A stretch of DNA of 63,826 nt, filler included, from Octopus bimaculoides (lineage: Eukaryota): NCBI RefSeq assembly GCF_001194135.2. It is 7 parts of 7 records of this genome, joined end to end, with 100 filler letters (N's around TTAATTAATTAA, not from the genome) between each part and the next. Parts side by side here need not be neighbours in the genome. Positions count along the whole stretch, not along the records: positions 1 to 11,977 come from NC_068990.1; positions 12,078 to 26,652 come from NC_068981.1; 5 more parts are not named here. One strand, 5' to 3'. Below, piece by piece: positions 1 to 12,703 of this stretch. A program made the position numbers and the translations under genes. The notes beneath the pieces were generated by a model. That model did not search any database and had not been told where the DNA came from. It saw nothing but the letters and a program-made list of their open reading frames with translations. Within the stretch, counting starts at the first letter, position 1, and every line of letters begins with the position of its first letter.

Positions 1-56
<56 letters not shown>

Positions 57-1952
57 CATATATACGACGGGCTTCTTTTTATAATCATAAAATGATTATA
101 TATAGTTTGGAGATTTATTGCAAACTTAAATTCAAAGATTGTGGTCCGTCTTACAAACATCTTCCATGTGTATATATCACTGCCTAGCTTTCTCTACTTT
201 TGATCCAGGGCAGACTTCTCCTTGGGGATCACCTGCTACGTGCAAGCAATCTTGGTCTTGTAGTATTAATGTTGTTATGAGACGACCTTAGGTGATATCA
301 ATAACCAAGAATTAAGTGAACCAATGATATTTACAGAAAGAAATTGGTTTCTTCTTCCTTTGTTCTATATAGTTTTCCCTGTGCAGAATAGCAGGGGCAT
401 CATACCGTTGGAGTGTAGTGCAGTTATAAATGATCATATGAGCAGGTACTTTGGTCAAAATATCCAAATAGGTTTTAGAAGGTATGTGTCTGTCTCGGTG
501 CATTATCGTAGTACCTGCTCACCGTTTAAAGAAGTGAACCTTCGATTCATAATTGTTTGACTCTTGTAAGTGTATAACTGTAAATGTATTGCAAGTGTAA
601 TGGCCGACAAATGAGAAGAGCCACTAAGTTTAAATTGATTAATGGATGTATAGTTACTAAACATGACTTTAAACCAGTCTTGTCAATTAAGGTCTTTAAA
701 TAGGGTTAAATTTCCTTCGAAAATATAAGCAATCCAACACAACCCTCGATGTTAATGCCACTGTTCAAACCATTTAAGAGCATTCCACAACTTACCACAG
801 TAGAATAACAAACCAATAAGAAGCTCATGCACGATAAAGCCACGAATTCTTCATGTCACATCCTACCGTCTTAAAAACAAAAGTAAGAAAGTCATGTTAG
901 ATATAATAGTCCAAGATATACTATGCCAAGAGAAGTGAACTGAAAAGCTCACAGTTATAATTCTCGATCTGGGCTGACGTGTGTCGAAACAACAGTAATA
1001 AAGTCGAATTGCAAAACATCCTGTACCAGTAAAGTATGAACATGTATGTGAGGTATACATATACACATCCATCCATCCCTCGCTCCATCCATCCATCCAT
1101 CCATTCATCCATCCATCCATCAATACATACATACGAACATACATACATACATACATATATACATACATATATACATGCATACATACGTATGTATCCATGT
1201 ATATATGTATGCATGTCTAAAAGAAGGAAGAAGGTGAAGATATTAATATAGTATAAGTTTAATTGTAACAATTAATTTGGTAAGAATTGTAGCTTGAACT
1301 GTGCTAGATTTTTAATTCATCGTATCTTATCTCATATACACACACAAACACACACACACACGCACAAATATACGTTTGTGCGCGTTTATATGTGAGACTA
1401 AGTATTATGAATTTAAAATATACTACATATCTTAATGCATTCACTGTGGATGCAGTAGTGAGTTTGTCTTGTTACTCTGTTCAGAGACAGAAAAGTAAAG
1501 ATTGTTCCCACACGTTTTACGGTTCGTTGAAGACTTATAAGAAGATTATTATGTCTCTATCAATTACAGTTAAAACAAAACTACCAATGATGAAAACAAC
1601 ATCGATGAGAATAACAGCAAGAACAATAATAATCCTTACCTTATACAAGATGCCGATGGGATATACAAAAATACATGATATTGTTAAACGAGGGGATGGT
1701 CTTAAAAAAAACGTGTTTGATGAGATGGAGAAAATACTCAAAGACAAGTGTAAGAGGGAAAATGTTATGTACCATTTGTTTATATTGCGTCCTGAAAGCC
1801 ACTACTACCCAGGAGCCGACATAATCACCAACGTCTCTGATGGTAACCCTTGCGTTTCCCTTTCCTAAAGACTACAGAATCAGCTTATGAGCAGGTGTCT
1901 GGTGTATTATTTAGAGTTAAGATTTGGCCTTACGCTGTTTCAAAAGTAATAT

Positions 1953-2032
1953 ATATATAGTTTTAGGGAAAAGAACCAAGGTTCATGAACTAATCGATGA
2001 AAATCCACTGTCTTTTCCCTAAAACTATATAT
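1953..2032. repeat. Small inverted-repeat (MITE-like) element in a TA tract
   Basis: Perfect 22-bp arms atatatagttttagggaaaaga (1953-1974) and tcttttccctaaaactatatat (2011-2032) around a 36-bp spacer. Confidence 0.75.
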
Positions 2033-2294
2033 TTATATTTTATACTGTGAAACTTAATTTAATTTTAATTTTTAATAAATTGAATTTAATTGAGTTTTTA
2101 CGTGTAAATTTGGATTTTTATCCCTAATAATATTATTATTATTATTATAATTATTATAATAATAATNNNNNNNNNNNNNNNNNNNNNNNNNNNNNNNNNN
2201 NNNNNNNNNNNNNNNNNNNNNNNNNNNNNNNNNNNNNNNNNNNNNNNNNNNNNNNNNNNNNNNNNNNNNNNNNNNNNNNNNNNNNNNNNNNNNN

Positions 2295-2333
<39 letters not shown>

Positions 2334-2741
2334 CATATGGCCTCTTTTACCAAAGGAAAGATATTTTACTTAAAATCTCTACCAATTCTAGTTCGGATGG
2401 GGTCATGAAACCTGTTATGTCTTTCGCAAGACAAAGTTGTGATATTTTGTGGAAAGCTGGTCTCATTATGATGCACAAAGTGCTGTCATACTTTTGATCT
2501 CTCCGGGAATGGTTCAAACTGAAAGTTTACCTGATTGACAAAAGACGAGGAAATGATCAGTTTATCATTGATCGTGTATAAACCAGAAGCGATAGGGCGT
2601 GCATAATCTTCATGCTGTTGTTGCTGATGTTGTTGTTGATGATGATCATGGTTATTATAGTTATTGTTGTAGTTATTGTTGTTGTTGTTATTATTATTAT
2701 TATTATTATTATTGTTGGTGTTGTTGTTGTTGTTGTTGTCT

Positions 2742-3134
2742 TTGCACAGCTTCTAACACTGGAGATTTACTACGTTGCCAGCTGTCCACTACCAGTGAAC
2801 TAAAGGTAACACCCTTTATGTTTCAAGCACCATCCGGAGTATTCGTGTGGTTCCAAGCAGTGCTGTTTTCTGCAAGTGCTCCACCCNNNNNNNNNNCCCT
2901 ATTTGTTCCATGTACTTCTCAAGACTTTTACTCACTGTTCCCAGGTCTCCGACAATTATTGATGCCACTACCACCTTTTTCAGTGACCACATCTGCTTAA
3001 CGTCCCAAGCTAACCTCTTATATCTATCGACTTTTCTTTCTTCCTTATCGCATAGCTTGTTGTCAGCTGGGCATGCTATATCTATAATCCAGCATCGTTT
3101 GCTTTCTGTTTCAATTAAGACTGTTTGGTTTCCT
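2742..3134 (-). mobile_element. 5'-truncated R4/Dong-like (RLE-type) LINE: C-terminal endonuclease domain and 3' UTR
   Basis: Minus strand reads VLIETESKRCWIIDIACPADNKLCDKEERKVDRYKRLAWDVKQMWSLKKVVVASIIVGDLGTVSKSLEKYMEQIG...LQKTALLGTTRILRMVLET*; flanked by (AAT/CAA)n tracts. Confidence 0.85.
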
Positions 3135-3156
3135 ATTCTCTATTCTCTATTCCTAT

Positions 3157-3182
3157 TATTATTATGATTATTATTACTATTA

Positions 3183-3240
<58 letters not shown>

Positions 3241-3495
3241 GAAATTTCTACTAGGTTGCATTAAAACAACTGCGTTTTCGCTTTAGTTCATGCATGTTAT
3301 TCATGTTTTATATTACAATTTAATTAACCTTGAACTTTTTTTCTATCATAATTCTATGGATGAATTGATTTTTAAAAAAAAATTCGTTGTTAATAACGTT
3401 GCTTCGAAGAAAGACTTGTGAAATCATATTTACTTCGCTAGGAGTGAATAATAATAATAATAATTATTATTATAATAATAATAATAATAATAATG

Positions 3496-3575
<80 letters not shown>

Positions 3576-3628
3576 TATTATTATTATAATAATAATAATT
3601 ATTATAATAATAATAATAATGATAATAA
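3157..3628. repeat. Two (ATT)n/(AAT)n microsatellites, about 3157-3240 and 3447-3628
   Basis: Directly visible trinucleotide arrays; source of the poly-I/N/Y ORFs. Confidence 0.95.
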
Positions 3629-3936
3629 TAGCTCAGATACCAGGAAACCCCAAAATGGCTGAAGTTCAAAAGATAGTGATCATGGGAACTGCCCATATCC
3701 TACGTAAAATACTGTCTATGTGATCTCAAATTTTAAAGCAAACACATAATTTTCTTATGGTTTCTTAAACATTCACTTGAACAAAACTGTACAAATCCAA
3801 ATATATGGTACCCTAGGCATAACACCTACATGAACTTCTAACTTGTCTCTTGAGGTCTCTGGGTGAGACTTGGATCCAACTTGTACAAATGCAAAACAAA
3901 AGTCAAACATAAAATAATAATAATAATAATAATAAT
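3629..3936 (+). mobile_element. 3' end of a second R4/Dong-like LINE family
   Basis: AQIPGNPKMAEVQKIVIMGTAHILRKILSM* then about 190-bp UTR and (AAT)n tail; near-identical copy at 62353-62708 on the minus strand. Confidence 0.8.
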
Positions 3937-4694
3937 TTCTTTACGACCCATGAAAGCGACTGACGGAGCAATATTTCGGAGACACGTTAGAAACAATGGA
4001 AGTGCTTTACGCAGAATTAGTTATGATTTAAAAAATGAAAGTAAAATATTCCTTGCGTCTTGGAAGGATGAGTTCTATGTCAGTGATTATGTAAAATATT
4101 GTGCTGGGTTCGGTGATTTAGAAGTAAACGTGGCTATAAATATGAATTGAAGGCGAAAATCTGAAAAACTACTGGGCGGTGAGGTAACGTTGAGCCAGCG
4201 TTATAGTAAGGTTCACATAAAGTTGAAGTGTGGTTTGACTACTATGCTGAAGTAACGATATGGTACGTAGAAGTAAGTTATGGTACGTCTTGGTTCGTAG
4301 AGGTACGTTGAGAAGCGTACTGGTGTTAGGAGGTACGTTGAGATGCGTTCCGGTGCGTAGATGAAACTTCGAGATACGTTGCGGTAAAGATGAGATAAAG
4401 CTGTGACAATGTCGAGATTAGTTAAATCTAGAAGATGCTTAACTGCTATTATGTATGTTAATATAACTTATAGGTGACGGTGAAATAATATTGAGACAAC
4501 ATTAGAGTAATGTTAAGGCTATGGTGAAGCAAACGTGAGGTGATGCTGAAGTAATGTGTTTCCCTAAACAATAGAGAGAGAGTTAAGAATAAGATTTGGC
4601 TACTATTTTTAACTTATCAAGTAGATTCTTTGAAGCATCTTCATTGGTTTCTATGTAATTGCTTCTAAAGGCCTAAAATGTAGGCGCATATGTA

Positions 4695-4830
4695 CGACTG
4701 GTACTTTATTTTATCGCCCCGGAGAGATGAAAGGCAAAGTTGATCTCTGCAGCATTTGAAGATTTGAACTAGGAATGTGAAAAGCCGGAAGAAATGCCGC
4801 AAGGCAATTCTTCCGGCCTTCTAACGTTTC
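4695..4830 (-). mobile_element. Degenerate SINE family A fragment
   Basis: actggtactttattttatcgcccc..gaaaggcaaagttga matches the reverse complement of the 58991-59203 copy. Confidence 0.65.
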
Positions 4831-5071
4831 TAATAGTATTTTTTAAACTAGGCTTCAAAATATGCGCTTATGCGCGAGCACGTGTATGCTTGTGTGCATG
4901 TTTGTACGCATTCATTTACACAGGAATGTATATGTATATAAGTGTGCACGTTTGTATGCAAGTGTGTAGCTGAGTGAAAGTGCATGTGCACCCTCGATTT
5001 TGTAAATGGAAAGACTACTGGAGAGAGATTGAGCTATGTGTAAGCATGTGTATATTTTGCTATATGAATAC

Positions 5072-5127
<56 letters not shown>

Positions 5128-6007
5128 NNNNNNNNNNNNNNNNNNNNNNNNNNNNNNNNNNNNNNNNNNNNNNNNNNNNNNNNNNNNNNNNNNNNNNNNN
5201 NNNNNNNNNNNNNNNNNNNNNNNNNNNNNNNNNNNNNNNNNNNNNNNNNNNNNNNNNNNNNNNNNNNNNNNNNNNNNNNNNNNNNNNNNNNNNNNNNNNN
5301 NNNNNNNNNNNNNNNNNNNNNNNNNNNNNNNNNNNNNNNNNNNNNNNNNNNNNNNNNNNNNNNNNNNNNNNNNNNNNNNNNNNNNNNNNNNNNNNNNNNN
5401 NNNNNNNNNNNNNNNNNNNNNNNNNNNNNNNNNNNNNNNNNNNNNNNNNNNNNNNNNNNNNNNNNNNNNNNNNNNNNNNNNNNNNNNNNNNNNNNNNNNN
5501 NNNNNNNNNNNNNNNNNNNNNNNNNNNNNNNNNNNNNNNNNNNNNNNNNNNNNNNNNNNNNNNNNNNNNNNNNNNNNNNNNNNNNNNNNNATGTATGTAT
5601 GTATGTATGTATGCAGAAACAGATGTGGATAGACACAAATGTGGACTGGAGAGAAAGAAAGAAAAGAAAGAAAGAAAGAAAGAAAGAAGAGGGGGTTGAT
5701 ATAATGTAAAATAACAATCCAACGTGACTGAAGATGGCAGAATTATGAAGAATGACGGAGAAATTAAAGCCGGGACCTTCCTCCGTCACATACCCAAATG
5801 CACCGAGGAGAGGGGCTGGGTGGAACTAGAGGTGAGGGAAGCAAGAGAGAAGGACAAGTGGATGGAGGTATGAACCGAGAAGGAAAAGTAAGTGCCGGGT
5901 AAAATGTGAGGTGGTTTCCATGAGTTACGTTAAACTGCGAAGAGTTAATGACGCAAAACAGGACGGGATGAGGTGGTGACACACAGTGGGAGTGGGGAGA
6001 GAGATAG

Positions 6008-6067
<60 letters not shown>

Positions 6068-6207
6068 GAGAGAGTGAAATAACAAGAAGGAGGGTGTGAG
6101 GAGAGATAAATACTGAGGGAGAAGTGAGAGTGAGAGTGAGAGTGATTGAGTGCAATCAGAGACGAGCGGCAAGAAGTGAGAGATGAATAGATTACCAGCA
6201 AATCCGG

Positions 6208-6258
<51 letters not shown>

Positions 6259-6361
6259 CGTGTATGTATATATATATATATGTGGGTGTGTGTGTGTGCA
6301 TATATACATACATATACACAACCATGCATACACACATGCATACACACATGCACACACACAC

Positions 6362-6412
<51 letters not shown>

Positions 6413-6426
6413 CGTGGACAGATGTG

Positions 6427-6670
6427 GAAGCACTTGGTTTACTGGTTTCGGTGTTGCACTTCATAATCGTAAGATTGTGGTTTCGATTACTGGACCGGGC
6501 GTTGTGTGGTGTTCTTGACCAAGGGACTTCATTTCACGTTGCTCCAGCCCATAAAGATGGGTAATACTGCGACGGACCGGCGTCCTGTCCAGAGCGAGGG
6601 GATATATATATATAAATATATTCTATATTTCACAGAAGCGGGAAAACCGGTCTTATGAGCATATGGCACA
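6427..6670 (+). mobile_element. Degenerate tRNA-derived SINE with a head related to family B
   Basis: ggtttcgattactggaccgggcgttgtg resembles the family B head at 44294; different body (gcgacggaccggcgtcctgtccag). Confidence 0.55.
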
Positions 6671-6940
6671 GGAAGAACATTTGTTCCAGTGATATAGATT
6701 GATTGTCAGACAGATAAACTGATAGAGAGAGAGAGAGAGATATAGAGGCCTGATAGTGACCGAGAAAACAGATTGATAGTTGGGTAGATACATAGATAGA
6801 CAAACAGCCAAACAGAGAGATAGACTAAAAGACAGAGAGACAAAGCGAATGAAGATACTTAGACTAACAGACGATGGAAAAGAAACACAGGTAGATAGAT
6901 GGATATTCAGAGAGACAGACAGACAGAAAGACAGACAGAT

Positions 6941-7008
<68 letters not shown>

Positions 7009-7009
7009 G

Positions 7010-7071
<62 letters not shown>

Positions 7072-7440
7072 CAGACCAGGAGGTAAACAGATTGATGGAG
7101 TGATTGATGCATAGTAAATGAGTGGGAAAATGGGAGTTGAGAAGAAATAAAAACTATGGCATAAAAAAATAAAGATCCAAGAGAAGAGAAAGGGGGCGGG
7201 AGAGGGGAAGTAAGAAAGTGAAAGTAGGATAGGGAGAAAGAGAGAAGGAGAGAAAGTGTGTTACAGAAAAGTGCGAAGGGAATGGAAAAGAGAAGGAGTG
7301 GTCGCATTTCACATTAGATAATCTTTAATGAGCCGTAGTAATATTGGTCAGCAAAGGGACGGGTGACTGATTCTTAAGGGGCGAGAAATAAATTAGAAGA
7401 TAAAAATGAAAATAAAATTTGACACGACATAAAACAAATA

Positions 7441-7503
<63 letters not shown>

Positions 7504-8173
7504 NNNNNNNNNNNNNNNNNNNNNNNNNNNNNNNNNNNNNNNNNNNNNNNNNNNNNNNNNNNNNNNNNNNNNNNNNNNNNNNNNNNNNNNNNNNNNNNNN
7601 NNNNNNNNNNNNNNNNNNNNNNNNNNNNNNNNNNNNNNNNNNNNNNNNNNNNNNNNNNNNNNNNNNNNNNNNNNNNNNNNNNNNNNNNNNNNNNNNNNNN
7701 NNNNNNNNNNNNNNNNNNNNNNNNNNNNNNNNNNNNNNNNNNNNNNNNNNNNNNNNNNNNNNNNNNNNNNNNNNNNNNNNNNNNNNNNNNNNNNNNNNNN
7801 NNNNTATATATATATATATATGCATATATATGTGTGTAGGAAGATTGAGAGAGGTTCATACACACACACACATATACACACCACACACAAACTACGCACA
7901 CAGACGCATTTGCATACATATGTGGCCTGCTTGTTTTTTGTACCTTGTTTATCATTTTGTCCATGTTCTTTTGTAACGTCATGTACCCAGATATGTATCT
8001 ATATGTACATGTAGATGAAGGTATGTACATACATGTACATATATATGCATATACTCATATATTGTTTATATATACATATGTGTGTGTGTGCGTGTGTGCG
8101 TGTGTGTGTATGTGTGTACACACACAGATACACATACACTCCCAAACACACACACACATACATATATAGATAG

Positions 8174-8210
<37 letters not shown>

Positions 8211-8615
8211 GAGGGAGAGTGAATGAGTAAGTGAGATACAAAGACAAAGGATAAGAGTGTATGAATGAATGAATGAATGAAGAAGAAGAAAAAGGAGTAG
8301 GAGGAGGAGGAGGAGGAGAAGGAGAAGAAGAAGAAGAAGAAGAAGAAGAAGAAGAAGAAGAAGAAGAAGAAGAAGAAGAAATAGTGGAGGAAACTGAACG
8401 AATGATCAGCACATCAAAATGTTGCGAGCGGGACGATGGTCAAGCGGAACACATCTTTGATCCTCTTTCGCCTTGATCAGGTCAATAATGGGGCTAAACA
8501 ACAACAACGTTAACTATGACAACGGTTAGAACAAGAACATCAATAACACGTGTGGAAAGGAAAAGTTTAAAGAGTTGCTGGAAGCGGGTAGAAAAGACCA
8601 AATACAGAACCGAAC

Positions 8616-8965
8616 TTGACACTCCGTCGCTTACGACGTCGAGGGTTCCAGTTGATCCGATCAACGGAACAGCCTGCTCGTGAAATTAACGTGCAAGTGG
8701 CTGAGCACTCCACAGACACGTGTACCCTTAACGTAGTTTTCGGGGATATTCAGCGTGACACACAGTGTGACAAGGCTGGCCCTTTGAATTACAGGCACAA
8801 CAGAAACGGGAAGTCAGAGTGGGAGAAAATTGTGGTGAAAGAGTACAGCAGGGTTCACCACCATCCCCTACCGGAGCCTCGTGGAGCTTTAGCTGTTTTC
8901 GCTTAATAAACACTCACAACGTCCGGTCTGGGAATCGAAACCACGATCCTATGACCGTGAGTCCG
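8616..8965 (-). mobile_element. SINE family B (tRNA-derived), 5' end in gap
   Basis: Reverse complement of the 44294-44663 copy over about 350 bp. Confidence 0.9.
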
Positions 8966-9237
8966 NNNNNNNNNNNNNNNNNNNNNNNNNNNNNNNNNNN
9001 NNNNNNNNNNNNNNNNNNNNNNNNNNNNNNNNNNNNNNNNNNNNNNNNNNNNNNNNNNNNNNNNNNNNNNNNNNNNNNNNNNNNNNNNNNNNNNNNNNNN
9101 NNNNNNNNNNNNNNNNNNNNNNNNNNNNNNNNNNNNNNNNNNNNNNNNNNNNNNNNNNNNNNNNNNNNNNNNNNNNNNNNNNNNNNNNNNNNNNNNNNNN
9201 NNNNNNNNNNNNNNNNNNNNNNNNNNNNNNNNNNNNN

Positions 9238-9277
<40 letters not shown>

Positions 9278-9369
9278 TTATATATATGTATATATGCGTG
9301 TGTATATATGTGTATATGTATGTGTGTAAGTGTATAGACACATATGTCCTGGGTATGACTTTAAATTGC

Positions 9370-9620
9370 ATCCAGTAGTCGCCCCGTGGTAGTTCCAGTA
9401 TTGAGGATTGTGGAACTATCTCAATCACTAATTTTTTTCAGTCGTCTCAACCAGTTGTGCCATTGGTTTCAAAGCAGATTTGGCTGAAAAGTGAATTCAG
9501 CGATGTGCTACTCGCTTCCACTCGAAGCAGACTCACGCGAAGGAACTTCTTGGATTCCCAGAATATTTCCATGGACTTACTGAGTGTAGGAATTTGTCTT
9601 ACACGATCACAAATTGACTT
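9370..9620 (-). mobile_element. Highly decayed mariner transposase fragment
   Basis: IEIVPQSSILELPRGDYWMQFK resembles the mariner E.LPHPPYSPDLAPSDY motif; upstream KSMEIFWESKKFL resembles KVMATIFWD. Confidence 0.45.
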
Positions 9621-9774
9621 TCACCAGAAGAATATATACGTACCGGCATACAAACGTACATACATACATACGTACGTACATACATATATACATGCATACA
9701 TACAAACATACATACATACATACATACATACATACATACATACATACATACATACAGAAAGACAGATAGGTAAT

Positions 9775-9827
<53 letters not shown>

Positions 9828-10339
9828 GTGGAGATGTTGCTATTTTGAATAAGATATCGTAAATGTAAGCTCAGCTCAGATTTCCCGGTAAATCTATGTA
9901 TGTTCAATCTACTACCAAGTAGTAACGAATTTAGTTTGGTGTTACGTACATTTGAACAGATTACAGAATGAATATCTAGTATCAGAATAAAGCTGCAGAT
10001 TTGGTTGCAAATTTTTAATCATTATATTATGAATTACATAATCTTAACACTTGTTCCACTAGCGAAAAATCTAGTATGCTATGCGGTAATCGTTATAATG
10101 GCGGTTGTGTAATAATCTTATAACGCAAGTTCTCAGTTTGTATCTCCCTACCAACTAACGTTAATAACCAAGAATTGATCTGGTGTTATGGGATGATTAT
10201 GCAACTGTTTTTGTTACAAGTATCACATACTGTTCTACTATACACTAGTGGAACACGTGTACAGATTATATAATATTTGATATAATAATAATAAAAAAAT
10301 GTAACCGAATCCCTAGGTTTATCTTGCTACTGTATATAC

Positions 10340-10377
<38 letters not shown>

Positions 10378-10529
10378 GCACGTGCACATACGCGCTCACA
10401 AACACGCACGCGCACATACGCACACGTGCGCACACACATACACAAAAACACACACACATATATACATATATTTATATATGCATGTTTATAGATCTATATA
10501 ACGTATATATGAATATCCGTGTATGTATG

Positions 10530-10567
<38 letters not shown>

Positions 10568-11679
10568 NNNNNNNNNNNNNNNNNNNNNNNNNNNNNNNNN
10601 NNNNNNNNNNNNNNNNNNNNNNNNNNNNNNNNNNNNNNNNNNNNNNNNNNNNNNNNNNNNNNNNNNNNNNNNNNNNNNNNNNNNNNNNNNNNNNNNNNNN
10701 NNNNNNNNNNNNNNNNNNNNNNNNNNNNNNNNNNNNNNNNNNNNNNNNNNNNNNNNNNNNNNNNNNNNNNNNNNNNNNNNNNNNNNNNNNNNNNNNNNNN
10801 NNNNNNNNNNNNNNNNNNNNNNNNNNNNATATATGTGCACATATATTCGTTTGTATTATTTTGTACGTAGGTGTATTTGCGTATATAGTTCTTCTAGGAG
10901 CTATTTGGATTCGGTGGGCTTAAAGGTCGAGTTGTTATTTCTTTCAAGCTTCTAACGCACCCTTATTGTGCAGGCGTAGTCTAAAATACAATCCACCTTT
11001 GTCCACCCTATCATTTTGGCGTTATGACAATAACTTGTCATTTGAACGAAATTTGTTCTTTATTGCAAACAGCATTTAAGTTCTATCGTTGGCTTATAGT
11101 CGATCTAGTTTCATGGGATGAAGTGAGATAAACGAGAGATTACAAATTGTTCTTGGAATAACGGATCAGGTTATCATATATAAGGTCCCTGAGAGATCAA
11201 AGCTCTATTAGTTGATCGTATTTGGTGGATTGACGCCACACAGGCGCACAGGAAAAACTTGATTTCATGACCAATGAGGTGGTAGTTGAAATGCCGAATC
11301 CACTGGGTTATTTTAACACGACAAGAAAGGCTTTATAGGAAATGTGGGGAATAGTGTACAATTGAAAAAGGGAGATGAGATTCTGAAATAAATGGGATGT
11401 AGGTATTGCAAGTGATAATGAGGAAGGGGAACGAAATGTTTATCAGGGTGGATGTTTGAGTCATCTATGTAAGAAATAACTAGGATGGGGATTGGTAAGA
11501 CGAAAAATTGCGTAAGTGAAAAAAACTGAGAAATACATGAGAACGAATGAGGAAGAGAGGACGATGTTCAGTGATACAAATTCACTGCTGAATTGAACTG
11601 CAACAGTTTCGGATTCAAGTTCGCCTGCTCGCAATAAAATAAAATAAATACTGGAGTCGATGTAATCGACTTACATACT

Positions 11680-11977
11680 TACAGATGTTTTAGTTTAACG
11701 CTCGGGAAGTGAGAAAGTCTTTAACATTTCGATCCTACGCTCTTCAACAGAAAGGAACGCAGAAATAAACAGAGAGATAAAATTAAAAAAAGGTTTAGTG
11801 GCTAGCGATCAATCATCGCGAATGCCGGACAGAGATGGTCAGACAGGAGAGCTAGGAAGAAGGGGAGCTCATAAAGTAGTGGTGATCCCAAAATGAAGGT
11901 GCGCGTGCGTGAGTATGTGAGAGCGTGTATGTGCGTGTGGATAGGGGCTAGTGACCTTGACGTGTGTGTATATATAT
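11680..11977 (-). mobile_element. Penelope pLTR-like short repeat with a decayed hammerhead motif
   Basis: Contains the motif at 11719-11754; otherwise non-coding, running into (TA)n and a gap. Confidence 0.5.
11719..11754 (-). ncRNA. Degenerate minimal type-I hammerhead-like motif
   Basis: cttt-CTGTTGA-agag-cgtagg-atc-GAAATGTT-aaag: helix I cttt/aaag pairs, but core A6 and helix III are mutated. Confidence 0.5.
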
Positions 11978-12021
11978 NNNNNNNNNNNNNNNNNNNNNNN
12001 NNNNNNNNNNNNNNNNNNNNN

Positions 12022-12033
12022 TTAATTAATTAA
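12022..12033. other. Assembly gap linker TTAATTAATTAA (also 26697-26708, 43857-43868, 55116-55127, 59759-59770, 62753-62764)
   Basis: Identical palindromic 12-mer centred in six gaps of about 100 bp; stops in all six frames. Confidence 0.95.
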
Positions 12034-12270
12034 NNNNNNNNNNNNNNNNNNNNNNNNNNNNNNNNNNNNNNNNNNNNGATCGGCTGAAATGGATCTTTAA
12101 TACTATTACGATTAATATATTCATTCTATAGACAAATGCACGAATGGTTGTTTTTTTCTAATTTAGAGATTCTTAGACGACTCCATCCATCCATCCATCC
12201 ATCCATCCATCCATCCATACATACATACATACATACATATCTACACACTTACATATAAGTGTATATAAGT

Positions 12271-12703
12271 AAGGCGGCGAGCTGGCAGAAACGTTAGCAC
12301 ACCGGGCGAAATGCTTAGCGGTATTTCGTCTGCTGCTACATTCTGAGTTCAAATTCCGCCGAGGTCGACTTTGCCTTTCACCCTTTCGGGGTCGATTAAA
12401 TAAGTACCAGTTACGCACTGGGGTCGATATAATCAACTTAATCCGTTTGTCTCTCCTTGTTTGTCTCCTCTGTGTGTAGCCCCTTGTGAGCAGTAAAGAA
12501 ATAAGAAACGTTAGCACGCCAAGCGAAATTCTTAGCGATAGTTCGTCTGTCTTTACATTCTGAGTTCAAATTCCGCCGTGATCAACTTTGCCTTTCATTC
12601 TTTCGGGGTCGATGAATTAAGTACCAGTTGCGTACTGGGGTCGATCTAAACGACTATCCTCTCGCCCAAAATTTCGGGCCCCTTGTGCCTAGAGTAGAAA
12701 AGG
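12271..12703 (+). mobile_element. SINE family A dimer with a single 15-bp target-site duplication
   Basis: Two related monomers (gaaacgttagcac...gagttcaaattccgcc) flanked by taagtgtatataagt at 12256-12270 and 12704-12718. Confidence 0.9.

Noticed and set aside
5746-5832. Possible first exon MKNDGEIKAGTFLRHIPKCTEERGWVELE followed by GTGAGG
   Set aside because: No homology recognised and no other support; compatible with chance
12022-12033. Palindromic TTAATTAATTAA repeated six times across the window
   Set aside because: Always centred in N runs; a synthetic six-frame stop linker, not biology
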